Source: a virus (taxonomy: Duplodnaviria > Caudoviricetes). From it: DNA of 36,972 bases. Shown piece by piece: positions 26,546-35,092 of this stretch (position 1 is the first letter of the stretch; every line of letters begins with the position of its first letter). A program made the translations under genes and the position numbers. The stretch covers positions 1 to 36,972 of IMG/VR virus record IMGVR_UViG_3300005326_000091. One strand, 5' to 3'. The notes under the pieces were generated by a model, which had not been told where the DNA came from, ran no database searches, and saw only the letters and a program-made list of their open reading frames with translations.

Positions 26546-27142
26546 TTGAGAGATTCTTTTATATTTTACCGGAGCTTTTTTGAGGCAATTAAGGACTTAG
26601 ATAATAACATAAGGCTTGATGTTTATGACGCAATTTGTTGCTTAGCTCTTAACCAAGAAGCAACCGAAATGCAACCAATGAGCAAGGCATTATTTGTGCT
26701 TATAAAGCCGATTTTGGACGCTAATAATGCTAGGTTTTTAAATGGCAAAAAGGGTGGTAATCACAACCAAAAGGAAACCAAAGACCAACCAAGAAGCAAC
26801 CAAAAGGCAACCAAGAAGCAACCTAATAAGGATAAGGATAAGGAAGTAGATGTAGATAAGGATAAAGATAAGGAAGATAGTACATATAGTGCAAAAACTA
26901 AGGTTTTTACACCGCCACTAAGTGAAGAGGTTATTAATTATTTTATAGAACAAGGATCGGATAGAGAGCATGGAGAGCAATTTTATGATCACTTTACCAG
27001 CAATGGTTGGCTAGTAGGCGGCAAGGCTAAAATGAAAGACTGGAGGGCTTCTGCAAGAAACTGGATCAGAAACATTCCTAATTTTTTACCTAAAGAACAA
27101 AGAGAGGAGGAAGCACGCAAGAAATTTATTGCGTCACTATAA
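26546..27142 (+). CDS. Replication initiator / replisome organiser (DUF6291-type N-terminus)
   Basis: Start reassigned to TTG 26546 after GAGAGGG; RDSFIFYRSFFEAIKDL; C-term FTPP..EEV..YF...FYDHFTSNGWLVG..KMKDWRASARNW. Confidence 0.8.
   Translation: MRDSFIFYRSFFEAIKDLDNNIRLDVYDAICCLALNQEATEMQPMSKALFVLIKPILDANNARFLNGKKGGNHNQKETKDQPRSNQKATKKQPNKDKDKEVDVDKDKDKEDSTYSAKTKVFTPPLSEEVINYFIEQGSDREHGEQFYDHFTSNGWLVGGKAKMKDWRASARNWIRNIPNFLPKEQREEEARKKFIASL
26764..26880 (+). repeat. Iteron-like 11-bp repeats plus GATAAG repeats; candidate replication origin
   Basis: CAACCAAAAGG, AAACCAAAGAC, CAACCAAGAAG, CAACCAAAAGG, CAACCAAGAAG, CAACCTAATAA in tandem. Confidence 0.7.
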
Positions 27143-27144
27143 CT

Positions 27145-27612
27145 ATGACAACAACGGAAGACCTTAAAATAGCTTTGAAATATTTATGTTTTGATCTGTT
27201 TAAAAAGAATGAAAACGTATATAGACGATACCAGTATATAACCGAAAATCTCCCAAATTGGGAAATAGTGTTAAAAACGCTTAATTTTTTTGCCGATAAT
27301 GGTAAATTCCCGAGCGTAAACGAGCTAAAACAGCAATATTCTACTTTTTCGGCTGATGTTACCAGTGACGACGGCGGTTGTTTAAAATGCGGCGGTGACG
27401 GTTGTTTAATCTATCTGCTAAATGAAAAGGAAACGGCCTTTATTTGCCCAAATTGTAAGGCTTTGGCTATAGGAGCATTAAAATCACTGGACGACGCCGA
27501 AATGATGGGATTAACGTTGCCGGACTGGCAAGCGGGACGGATAAGCGAGTATAGGCGGATAAATAATATCAAAAGGGGTGAAAATAAAAATGCGCGTTTT
27601 CAAGGCTATTAA
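27145..27612 (+). CDS. Replication-associated protein with Zn finger (possible helicase loader/inhibitor)
   Basis: KFPSVNEL motif, CLKCGGDG...CPNC; follows the initiator. Confidence 0.55.
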   Translation: MTTTEDLKIALKYLCFDLFKKNENVYRRYQYITENLPNWEIVLKTLNFFADNGKFPSVNELKQQYSTFSADVTSDDGGCLKCGGDGCLIYLLNEKETAFICPNCKALAIGALKSLDDAEMMGLTLPDWQAGRISEYRRINNIKRGENKNARFQGY

Positions 27613-27810
27613 TAATAAGTTAGTTATAAAAAAAAGTAATATTTTTTTAATAAAGAAAAAAACTTTGTATATTTTAATTTCTTTTTTATTTTGTAGTTTT
27701 TGTTATTTTGATTTATTTATAAACGCTGAAAATATAGGTAATGTAAGGGTTTATTGCGATGTTTTACTTTATTTTTTATTCGTTATTTTGTTGAATATTA
27801 ATGTAAATTC

Positions 27811-27838
27811 TAGCCCGTATCGGGGGGAATACGGGCTA
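27811..27838. terminator. Hairpin between convergent transcription units
   Basis: TAGCCCGTAT-8 nt-ATACGGGCTA perfect 10-bp inverted repeat. Confidence 0.6.
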
Positions 27839-27891
27839 ATTACAAAGGATAAAAAATGCTCTTAAATTATAACATGGTTTGAAATGAAATG

Positions 27892-27990
27892 TTAATCTTC
27901 GTTTTGATCTTCATCGTCATTATAGCCTAAATAGGGATTAATCATTTCATCTTCTGGGCTAGATAATCTCCAGCTATCGTAGTTATCCAT
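27892..27990 (-). CDS. Acidic micro-protein MDNYDSWRLSSPEDEMINPYLGYNDDEDQNED (not in ORF track)
   Basis: AGGAG RBS. Confidence 0.6.
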   Translation of the reverse strand: MDNYDSWRLSSPEDEMINPYLGYNDDEDQNED

Positions 27991-28132
27991 TTTTTCTCCT
28001 CGTAATCCTATATTTTTTACATTTGCAGGCATTAGAGCAATATTTGGCGGTTTTAAGTCCTTTATATGTAGCCCCGCAAAGCTTACATTTTTTTTTTATA
28101 ATTTGTCTTAATTCGCAGATATTTTTATACAT
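27983..28132 (-). CDS. Small Zn-finger protein (CKLC...YCSNAC), 49 aa (not in ORF track)
   Basis: TAATG coupling; CxxC...CSxxC motif followed by a basic tail. Confidence 0.7.
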   Translation of the reverse strand: MYKNICELRQIIKKKCKLCGATYKGLKTAKYCSNACKCKKYRITRRKNG

Positions 28133-28230
28133 TATTTAGCCCCTAAATCTTTAATTATATTTTTCCAATCTGATCCGAACATGTCTTCTGGTTCTTGACC
28201 AAATAATTCTTTAAATTGTTTCTTTGTCAT
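28132..28230 (-). CDS. Micro-protein MTKKQFKELFGQEPEDMFGSDWKNIIKDLGAK (not in ORF track)
   Basis: AAGGA RBS; fills the gap exactly. Confidence 0.6.
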   Translation of the reverse strand: MTKKQFKELFGQEPEDMFGSDWKNIIKDLGAK

Positions 28231-28231
28231 A

Positions 28232-28456
28232 TTAAATCCTTGAATTTAATTCTACGGTATAATTATTATCATCTAAACTATCCGAGAACCAATTATTCAA
28301 TGTTTCGAATGCGTCACAATCATCGCAATTAGCGGCAAACCATCCTATTTCCGAGCTATGTCGTTTTATTACATTTTTTGCCACCATCTCGTCTTTGCCC
28401 GCTAATTTCCATTTTCTAACAAATTCATCCTTTTTCATGTCTTGTACTTTTTTCAT
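28232..28456 (-). CDS. Hypothetical protein
   Basis: ORF preceded by a repeated leader sequence. Confidence 0.65.
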   Translation of the reverse strand: MKKVQDMKKDEFVRKWKLAGKDEMVAKNVIKRHSSEIGWFAANCDDCDAFETLNNWFSDSLDDNNYTVELNSRI

Positions 28457-28480
28457 TTTTTTGCTACTTTCGTTTGTTTA

Positions 28481-28684
28481 TTAATAATTTGTAATAGCCG
28501 TTTCTAATTCTTCGGCGGTTATCCCCATTTTTTCAGCGAAATATCTTGTATCAATAAAACAATCATTTAATACATGTTTACTTGAGCATTTTTTAATTGT
28601 CGCGCAAAATTTCCTTGATGTTATTTTTTCCCCGTAATGCTTATTCCTTAATTTTATATATTTAGTAACTATTTTATTTCTCAT
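28481..28684 (-). CDS. Hypothetical protein (possible HTH at C-terminus)
   Basis: AGGGGA RBS; FAEKMGITAEEL. Confidence 0.65.
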   Translation of the reverse strand: MRNKIVTKYIKLRNKHYGEKITSRKFCATIKKCSSKHVLNDCFIDTRYFAEKMGITAEELETAITNY

Positions 28685-28719
28685 TTATTTATCCCCTTTC
28701 GTTTGTTTATTACCCCTTA

Positions 28720-28748
28720 ATAATAACGCTGTAATAATACAGCGTCAA
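28720..28748 (-). promoter_or_regulatory. Sigma70 promoter with palindromic operator
   Basis: TTGACG-17-TATTAT; ACGCTGTA-ATAA-TACAGCGT (28726-28745) fills the spacer and overlaps the -35. Confidence 0.75.
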
Positions 28749-28822
28749 TACTTTATCGTAATATTATTGATCTTAATTGTATCGATACTTTTTAATATAT
28801 TGAGTATGGTATTATTAAAATC

Positions 28823-28960
28823 ATGATAACTAAATTATTCCCATTAATACTTATAATTTTAGATGTTTTAGCCTCGTTAGTGTATTTAATAAACAAAGAC
28901 TACCGAATGGCTATTTATTGGCTATCCGCCGCTATATTAAGCGTTTGTGTAACTTTCTAA
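28823..28960 (+). CDS. Small two-TM membrane protein, 45 aa (not in ORF track)
   Basis: MITKLFPLILIILDVLASLVYLINKDYRMAIYWLSAAILSVCVTF. Confidence 0.7.
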   Translation: MITKLFPLILIILDVLASLVYLINKDYRMAIYWLSAAILSVCVTF

Positions 28961-29025
28961 ACTATTCAAAACTTTCTATTATTGTTTTCTCATTTTATAG
29001 TTTAAAATTATTATTGGTGTGATTT

Positions 29026-29219
29026 ATCTACCAGCCCTTAAATGGTTAGATGCGTGTAACTTAACGCCACTCAAGCACAAGAAGCCCGTTCGAGATTGAG
29101 AGTGTATAAAGCAGGATCAGAAGTCGGGAAGTGCCTTAAGACCTTGGATTCGTCCTCGATTCTTAAAAGCAAAGCAATAAACATAGCGTGGTTGGCTCCC
29201 CGAAGGGGTAATTCTATGT
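29026..29219 (+). ncRNA. Candidate structured non-coding RNA upstream of terS
   Basis: Relatively GC-rich island with serial hairpins, including GGA-TTCG-TCC and CCCC-GAA-GGGG. Confidence 0.4.
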
Positions 29220-29342
29220 CGCATAATAATTATAAAAGTGTTATTTGTTGATTGTAACCATGAAATTTAAGTACGTATTTTATTATTTCCATATATTATT
29301 ACTACTAATTTAAGCACAAAGTGGTTGTTTTGTTACGCTCTA

Positions 29343-29370
29343 TGTCGCAATAAATTATGTTATGTAAAGT
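29343..29370 (+). other. dif-like XerC/XerD recombination site
   Basis: TGTCGCAATAA-ATTATG-TTATGTAAAGT has 11-6-11 architecture; the right arm matches the E. coli XerD arm TTATGTTAAAT at 9/11. Confidence 0.6.
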
Positions 29371-29414
29371 TGATAGGTTTTTGAAATAACTATAATTTGT
29401 GATATATTTTAAGT

Positions 29415-29972
29415 ATGACTAGATTTCAAAAAGGGTATCACCCACCTACAGAATTAAAGCCAGGTAATAAGAACGCCGAAAAATATACAGAAGCGGAAGC
29501 TATAAAAATAGGCGAAGGCTTAATAAAGTGGCTTAAAGAGCCTCCTATCGTAAGCAATACTATTGCCGGTACAAAAATAGAGTCTATGAATTTGTACAAA
29601 ATTAAGTATTTATCTACCTTAGGACACTCGAAGGATTTTATTAATAGATTGGCCGAAAGGTTTTCTTCGTTTAGAGAACTTTTAGCACAAGCAGACACAA
29701 TTCAAGAGGCAAATTTGCTTAGTTTTGCCGCAATTAATAAGATAAATGCCAATATCGCCATGTTTAGTTTAAGATGTAATCATGGGTTTATTGAGGCCGA
29801 TCGAGCGCAAGATATAAAAGAAAAAGTAAGAATGAATGACTTAAAAGAAAAAGAACTTGAATTTAAAATGAAGAAATTGTCTGAAGTTGATAATCTAATG
29901 ACTACAGATATAGAGGCCGCAAAAAGAAGAATTAAGGAACTAATAGCCGAAAATGGATTTAGTGACCACTAG
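29415..29972 (+). CDS. terS: Putative terminase small subunit
   Basis: KPGNKNAEKY N-terminal motif, NANIAMFSLRCNHGF; overlaps terL. Confidence 0.7.
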   Translation: MTRFQKGYHPPTELKPGNKNAEKYTEAEAIKIGEGLIKWLKEPPIVSNTIAGTKIESMNLYKIKYLSTLGHSKDFINRLAERFSSFRELLAQADTIQEANLLSFAAINKINANIAMFSLRCNHGFIEADRAQDIKEKVRMNDLKEKELEFKMKKLSEVDNLMTTDIEAAKRRIKELIAENGFSDH

Positions 29973-31428
29973 CAATCAAAAAGTATTTGCCTTATTAAAC
30001 GAGTTAGAACAATTCAAAATTTATAAAGATAAAAATAAAATTGAATTTGTTGATTTTAGTATTTATAAAGACCAAACCGAAATTATTAATGATGTTATTG
30101 ATCGATTAAATAAAAAAAACCATACCCATAATATATTTGTAGTGTTCGGAGGCAACCGCAGTGGAAAAACAGAAACTGGAGCATTAATAACCTCCAAAAT
30201 ATTCCATACAATGACTAACCGCCGTATGTGGGCTGCCACTTACTCAAATTTAATAGTTAAAACAATCCAACGCAAAATTAACGATTACTTACCACATAAG
30301 CTAATGAAATATGCTGATTATAACCCCGTACGTGGCTTTAAAAATGAATTAATAATAGGGAAAAATAATAACTTTTTATACTTCAAAACCTTTGAGCAGG
30401 ACGTATCTACGTGGCAAGGGGACGACCTAGATTTTATCTGGTTAGATGAAGAGTGTAGTTATGAGCATTTTAAAGAGGCTATGATCCGCTTAGCCGATAG
30501 AAACGGTGTTATGTTAATGACCTTTACCTCTCTTATGGGATTTACCAAACTTGTAAATAAGGTTTGGCAATCAGAAGATGAAACAATTAAAAACTATATT
30601 TTAACTGCTGAAAAAAACCCTTATTTAACCGATTTAGCTAAAAAACAATTAAGAGCGTCAATCGATGAGGATGATTTAAAATCACGCTGGGAAGGTATGC
30701 CAGCCCTAAAGGAAGGATTGATCTACAAGCAATTTAAACAAGATGTACATTGTACTGAGCGTTTTAATTACCTAGACTTAATTATTAATAATCCTAAACG
30801 CTACAAACTAAGTGAGGGTATTGATCCCCACCTTCGAACCCCACATCATTATTTAATGTTTTTATACGACACACAAAACGACATAATTTATGTGGTTGAA
30901 GAGCTAAAAGCCCCGGAAGAATCATTATCAATAAGTGACTTTAGCCTATTAATTAAACATAATAGAGGTAAGACCGCTAAATATATTGAGTATACTCAGA
31001 TCGATACCTCATCTAATACCCCTATTCCCACACAAAAAGTCCACAATGAAGAGGATCAAGAAGATCAATACACAATTAGAAGAGAGTTTTTAAAGGCTGG
31101 GATTGATACTGTACTAGTATCTAAGGATAACCAAGTAGGTATTAGCTCAGTTAAAGACCGATTATTTTATAGTGAGAAAATAACCCCTAAACTATTTGTT
31201 TTTAATGATCTTAAAGGCGTTATCTGGGAATTCCAGCGTTATTCTTGGGCTAAATACCAATCAACAACAATAGAAGAACGCAAAGAAATGATTAATGACG
31301 TTAATAAAAAAGACGATCACTTTATGGATATTATCAAATATGAAGCAATTAAACGCAAATTAGACCTAAAATTAATGGAAAATCACCAAGAAAAACCTAT
31401 TTATAAAGTACCTATGGCCGGATATTAG
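29953..31428 (+). CDS. terL: Terminase large subunit
   Basis: Walker A GGNRSGKT, Walker B FIWLDEE, MTFT motif III, nuclease GIDPH and DDHFMD. Confidence 0.95.
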   Translation: MDLVTTSNQKVFALLNELEQFKIYKDKNKIEFVDFSIYKDQTEIINDVIDRLNKKNHTHNIFVVFGGNRSGKTETGALITSKIFHTMTNRRMWAATYSNLIVKTIQRKINDYLPHKLMKYADYNPVRGFKNELIIGKNNNFLYFKTFEQDVSTWQGDDLDFIWLDEECSYEHFKEAMIRLADRNGVMLMTFTSLMGFTKLVNKVWQSEDETIKNYILTAEKNPYLTDLAKKQLRASIDEDDLKSRWEGMPALKEGLIYKQFKQDVHCTERFNYLDLIINNPKRYKLSEGIDPHLRTPHHYLMFLYDTQNDIIYVVEELKAPEESLSISDFSLLIKHNRGKTAKYIEYTQIDTSSNTPIPTQKVHNEEDQEDQYTIRREFLKAGIDTVLVSKDNQVGISSVKDRLFYSEKITPKLFVFNDLKGVIWEFQRYSWAKYQSTTIEERKEMINDVNKKDDHFMDIIKYEAIKRKLDLKLMENHQEKPIYKVPMAGY

Positions 31429-31472
31429 CGAATTGTAGACTAAAATAAAATATATGATAAAATATTAATATA

Positions 31473-33422
31473 ATGGACAAAAACTACGCTTACGACAAAT
31501 CCTGCTTAAATCACTTCATAACATTAAAAAATACCTATAAAGTACAACGCCAAACCTGGGAAGAGAAATGGAACCGGGCGGAAGCTATTTATTTGAGTGA
31601 AAAAGATTTAATCAATAAAGTATATAACGGTAATGCTGATTTCCATATCCCGATAATCCACTGGAAAACTTTTGGTATTTATTCAAGGTTTGCGAGAGCA
31701 ATATTTAGGAATTACCCTTTTTTCAGGATTGATGATCTACAGCATAACGCCGGAAATAAAACCGTAGTCGACTTCTGGAATAAATATATTCAAGATTATC
31801 AATTAAATAATATTGAGTTTCAAAAAAACTATAAAGAATGTTTACTCACTAAAAATATTTACGGTTCTTTTGTTGCTAAAATAACCCAAGAATTCCAGAC
31901 AGAAGAATTTACATATTTAAAAGACGAAGAGCCGGAAGAAATAACGATAAAAGATGATACGTATTTTAGACCAATTTTATTAACTGAGTTTTACTCTGAT
32001 GTTAATTTCCCCGATATAAATGAGAGTGACGCATGTATACATTCAACGGTTGTAACTTGGGAACAATTATATAACGATCGGGTAAGATACGAGAAAACGA
32101 CCGAAGAAGTAACGGACGAAAACGGAATGCCTATAATAGCCAATGAAACCACAGAGAAAAAAGGGTTTTACGAAAATCTCAATTTATTACAATTAGACGG
32201 CGATAATATAACCCAAGAACAAGAAGAATATGCCCAATTTTTGAACCTATCTAATAACGCTAAAAAAGGATTTATTAAATCTCTACAAGATATTAAAAAG
32301 ACTGGATACGTTCATTTAGACGAATGCTACGGTAAATATTATATCGATGGTAAATTAACAGAATGTATTGTCACTATCGCTGAAGGAAAGGTAATTATTA
32401 GAAAACAGGCAACCCCATTTTTACACCGTAGATATAAACGTCCGTTTATTGTTGGTAGATACAAAAAAATCCCTAAATGTTTATATGGCGTTTCAAATGT
32501 TATTTTGGCCGAAGGCCTAAACGCTGAATATCAAGCATCAAGACAACAAGCAAGCGATTCTAAGAGCAGATCAATCGCAAACATGTGGTATCAAGATATG
32601 TCGAAATCGGTATCCTTTGACGGTATCTGGTCACCAAATAAAGTAATTAAGGGTAATGGTCAAAATGGATTAACGCCGTTAATTAACCCATATTTGGGCA
32701 ACATTACAAATGCAGATACGCAGTTATTACAAAGAGATTTAGATCAATTATTCAATCTTTCACCAGTCCAAGAGGGTACAAGTGATAATAGATTGATACC
32801 AGGTACGGCTACCGGAACGCAAAGGCTAATTGCCGAAAACGATATACCGTTAAACGAACTTATCCAGCAATCAGTTGAAGAAGAAATAAAGCCGTTTTTG
32901 GAGATGTTAATCGAGCGTAATTTTGTCTATAAAGATATTGATGACCTAAAAGCAGTATTTGATGAAAAGGAAATGGCTAAATATCAGAAGATATGGGATT
33001 CATTAGATAAAAAAGGCCTAATATTTACCCCAAATATTAAAATACTTGGTAATTACGAACTATCCAACGAGGCCTCTCAACAAACTGGCTATATGGCTCT
33101 ATTAAATGTATCGCAACAAGTTCCGGTATTGGCGAAAATGCTTAAATGGACTGAAATGGCCGATAGATTAGCCAAAAGCTTCGGCATTAAAGACGATGCC
33201 TGGGATTTATTTTACGATATGGAATCAGTAATTGAAGAAGAACAATTAATGCAACAGCAAAAAAATGAGCAATCAAAAGCGCAGTTAGCAATGGCGGAAA
33301 AAGCGAAGCAAGAGCAGATACAATCTTATGATACTAAAAAAGCTATAGATACTAACGCTAAGGTACAAGAAATGATTGCGGAAGCTAGAATTGAACAACA
33401 TACAGGGCAAAAGGTGCAATAA
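31473..33422 (+). CDS. Portal protein
   Basis: 649 aa directly after terL; RPFIVGRY..IP..LYGVS, TATG motifs; Gln-rich C-terminal barrel. Confidence 0.85.
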   Translation: MDKNYAYDKSCLNHFITLKNTYKVQRQTWEEKWNRAEAIYLSEKDLINKVYNGNADFHIPIIHWKTFGIYSRFARAIFRNYPFFRIDDLQHNAGNKTVVDFWNKYIQDYQLNNIEFQKNYKECLLTKNIYGSFVAKITQEFQTEEFTYLKDEEPEEITIKDDTYFRPILLTEFYSDVNFPDINESDACIHSTVVTWEQLYNDRVRYEKTTEEVTDENGMPIIANETTEKKGFYENLNLLQLDGDNITQEQEEYAQFLNLSNNAKKGFIKSLQDIKKTGYVHLDECYGKYYIDGKLTECIVTIAEGKVIIRKQATPFLHRRYKRPFIVGRYKKIPKCLYGVSNVILAEGLNAEYQASRQQASDSKSRSIANMWYQDMSKSVSFDGIWSPNKVIKGNGQNGLTPLINPYLGNITNADTQLLQRDLDQLFNLSPVQEGTSDNRLIPGTATGTQRLIAENDIPLNELIQQSVEEEIKPFLEMLIERNFVYKDIDDLKAVFDEKEMAKYQKIWDSLDKKGLIFTPNIKILGNYELSNEASQQTGYMALLNVSQQVPVLAKMLKWTEMADRLAKSFGIKDDAWDLFYDMESVIEEEQLMQQQKNEQSKAQLAMAEKAKQEQIQSYDTKKAIDTNAKVQEMIAEARIEQHTGQKVQ

Positions 33423-33640
33423 TGGTAGATAGTAATGAAGTTCTAAAATATAACAATGTAATGACCGGAACAACTCAGGACGTAATCATTTTTTTACAAA
33501 ATGAGATTAGGGCTATAAGTGAAAATATCGAATTGGAACTAGACAAAGATTTAATTTGTGAATCATTACTAAATAAAAGGAAAATTTATAAAGAACTAAT
33601 AAATTTAATAAAACTAAAATTTGAAAAAGGGAGTAATTAA
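33422..33640 (+). CDS. Small conserved-position protein after portal
   Basis: TAATG coupling; helical. Confidence 0.65.
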   Translation: MVDSNEVLKYNNVMTGTTQDVIIFLQNEIRAISENIELELDKDLICESLLNKRKIYKELINLIKLKFEKGSN

Positions 33641-34228
33641 ATGGTAAATAAAATAGTAAATAAAATTGATGAAGAAACAAAAATTGATATAGCTGAAGAA
33701 GTAAGTCCCAAAAGGAGTATGAATAAAACAAAAGTAATTGATAATACAAAAAATACAGCAGAAGATTTTCCGTTTGATAAATACTTTGAAAAAATATCTG
33801 ATTTGATAATTGAAAGAGATTTAGTTAATCCAAATAAGATTACTAAAACGCCTATAGAAAGAGATATTTTAAAGCCGGAATATCAAAAATACTTTCTTCA
33901 AAAATGTAAAATAAGAGCCGCTAAAGATTTTAACGTTACTATCGAACACCTAGCGGAAGTATATAAATTACTTAATGGCAAAAAGATTGACGGTATATAT
34001 GTTAATGATCTTATTGATAGGTTTGGCTTTAGCGACGGAACACAAACCAGCAGAGCAGATTTAAAAGTTAAATATAAATTATCATCTATCCAGCACATAG
34101 AAGAGGCTATCAATAACCTTAAAATTATTGTTAAGCATAAAGATGTTGTGGGTGCCTACAAAGTTTATATGAACAAATATTTAATTGATAAAGAGAAAAC
34201 AGAGTTCGAAAAAGAAGTAAATATTTAA
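33641..34228 (+). CDS. Hypothetical protein with sigma70 region 4-like C-terminal segment
   Basis: IDRFGFSDGTQTSRADL...IQHIEEAINNLK resembles RFGLDDG..TLEEVG...IRQIEAKALRKL. Confidence 0.55.
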   Translation: MVNKIVNKIDEETKIDIAEEVSPKRSMNKTKVIDNTKNTAEDFPFDKYFEKISDLIIERDLVNPNKITKTPIERDILKPEYQKYFLQKCKIRAAKDFNVTIEHLAEVYKLLNGKKIDGIYVNDLIDRFGFSDGTQTSRADLKVKYKLSSIQHIEEAINNLKIIVKHKDVVGAYKVYMNKYLIDKEKTEFEKEVNI

Positions 34229-34258
34229 TTTAAATAAATTTAAAATAAAGAGGTAAAT

Positions 34259-35074
34259 ATGACACAAGAAGACTATGACAAAATGAGCTTAGAAGAGCTT
34301 GAAAAAGTTATTGGTATTAATGAAGTGGAAGCAACACCAGAGCCATTAAAAGAAGAAATACCAGCAACAGAAGAAGTTAAAGAAGAAGTTGCTAAAGAAG
34401 AAGTAACCGAAGAAAAGCAAGAAGAAGAAATTGAAGACCCATTACTAAAACCTTTTAAAGGTAAAACTAAAAAAGAATTAATTGATATTGTTAAAAATAA
34501 TAATGAGTATGTGTCTAAAGTTCAAAATGACATCTACTCGCTTAAAAAAGAATTAGAAGAACTAAGAACAAAACAAGTAAAAACTTTTACAGACGAAATA
34601 AAAGATAAATATTCTGAAGAAGATTTACAGGTTATTGAAAAAATAATTGAGAACAAATTAAAGCAAAATGAGGATTTAGCTAGAAGTCAAAAGCAAATAG
34701 AACGAGATCGTAACCGTCAAGAGAATGAGAATTTCTACGAAGAATTAAGAAAAAAGGATTTAGATTTTGTTCAAAATTATGAACAAGATTTAATTGCTGA
34801 AATAAAAATTAATCCCGAAAAAACCCTTGATAGTAAAAATTGGGTTCTAGCTAAATATTTAGAACTGAAAAACGCAAATAAAAATGTAAATAATAACTTA
34901 AATAATACAGTAAATAAAAAAGATAATACGCAAAAATTACAAGCAAAAACTATTGTAAGCTCTGTTCCACCTACTTTATCGGTCAATAAAAGTGTAGTTG
35001 AAATGACACCCGATGAATACTTGGAATGGGCAAGCAAAAATCCAGAAAAAGCCGTTCAGGCTTATAACACATAA
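34259..35074 (+). CDS. Capsid scaffolding protein
   Basis: Acidic coiled-coil, FKGKT.KEL motif, C-terminal EMTPDEY; immediately before the major capsid gene. Confidence 0.8.
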   Translation: MTQEDYDKMSLEELEKVIGINEVEATPEPLKEEIPATEEVKEEVAKEEVTEEKQEEEIEDPLLKPFKGKTKKELIDIVKNNNEYVSKVQNDIYSLKKELEELRTKQVKTFTDEIKDKYSEEDLQVIEKIIENKLKQNEDLARSQKQIERDRNRQENENFYEELRKKDLDFVQNYEQDLIAEIKINPEKTLDSKNWVLAKYLELKNANKNVNNNLNNTVNKKDNTQKLQAKTIVSSVPPTLSVNKSVVEMTPDEYLEWASKNPEKAVQAYNT

Positions 35075-35092
35075 AACAGGAGTTGAACCAAA

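Noticed and set aside
27578-27865. 95-aa plus-strand ORF
   Set aside because: Low-complexity AT-rich sequence running through a terminator-like hairpin; probably non-coding.
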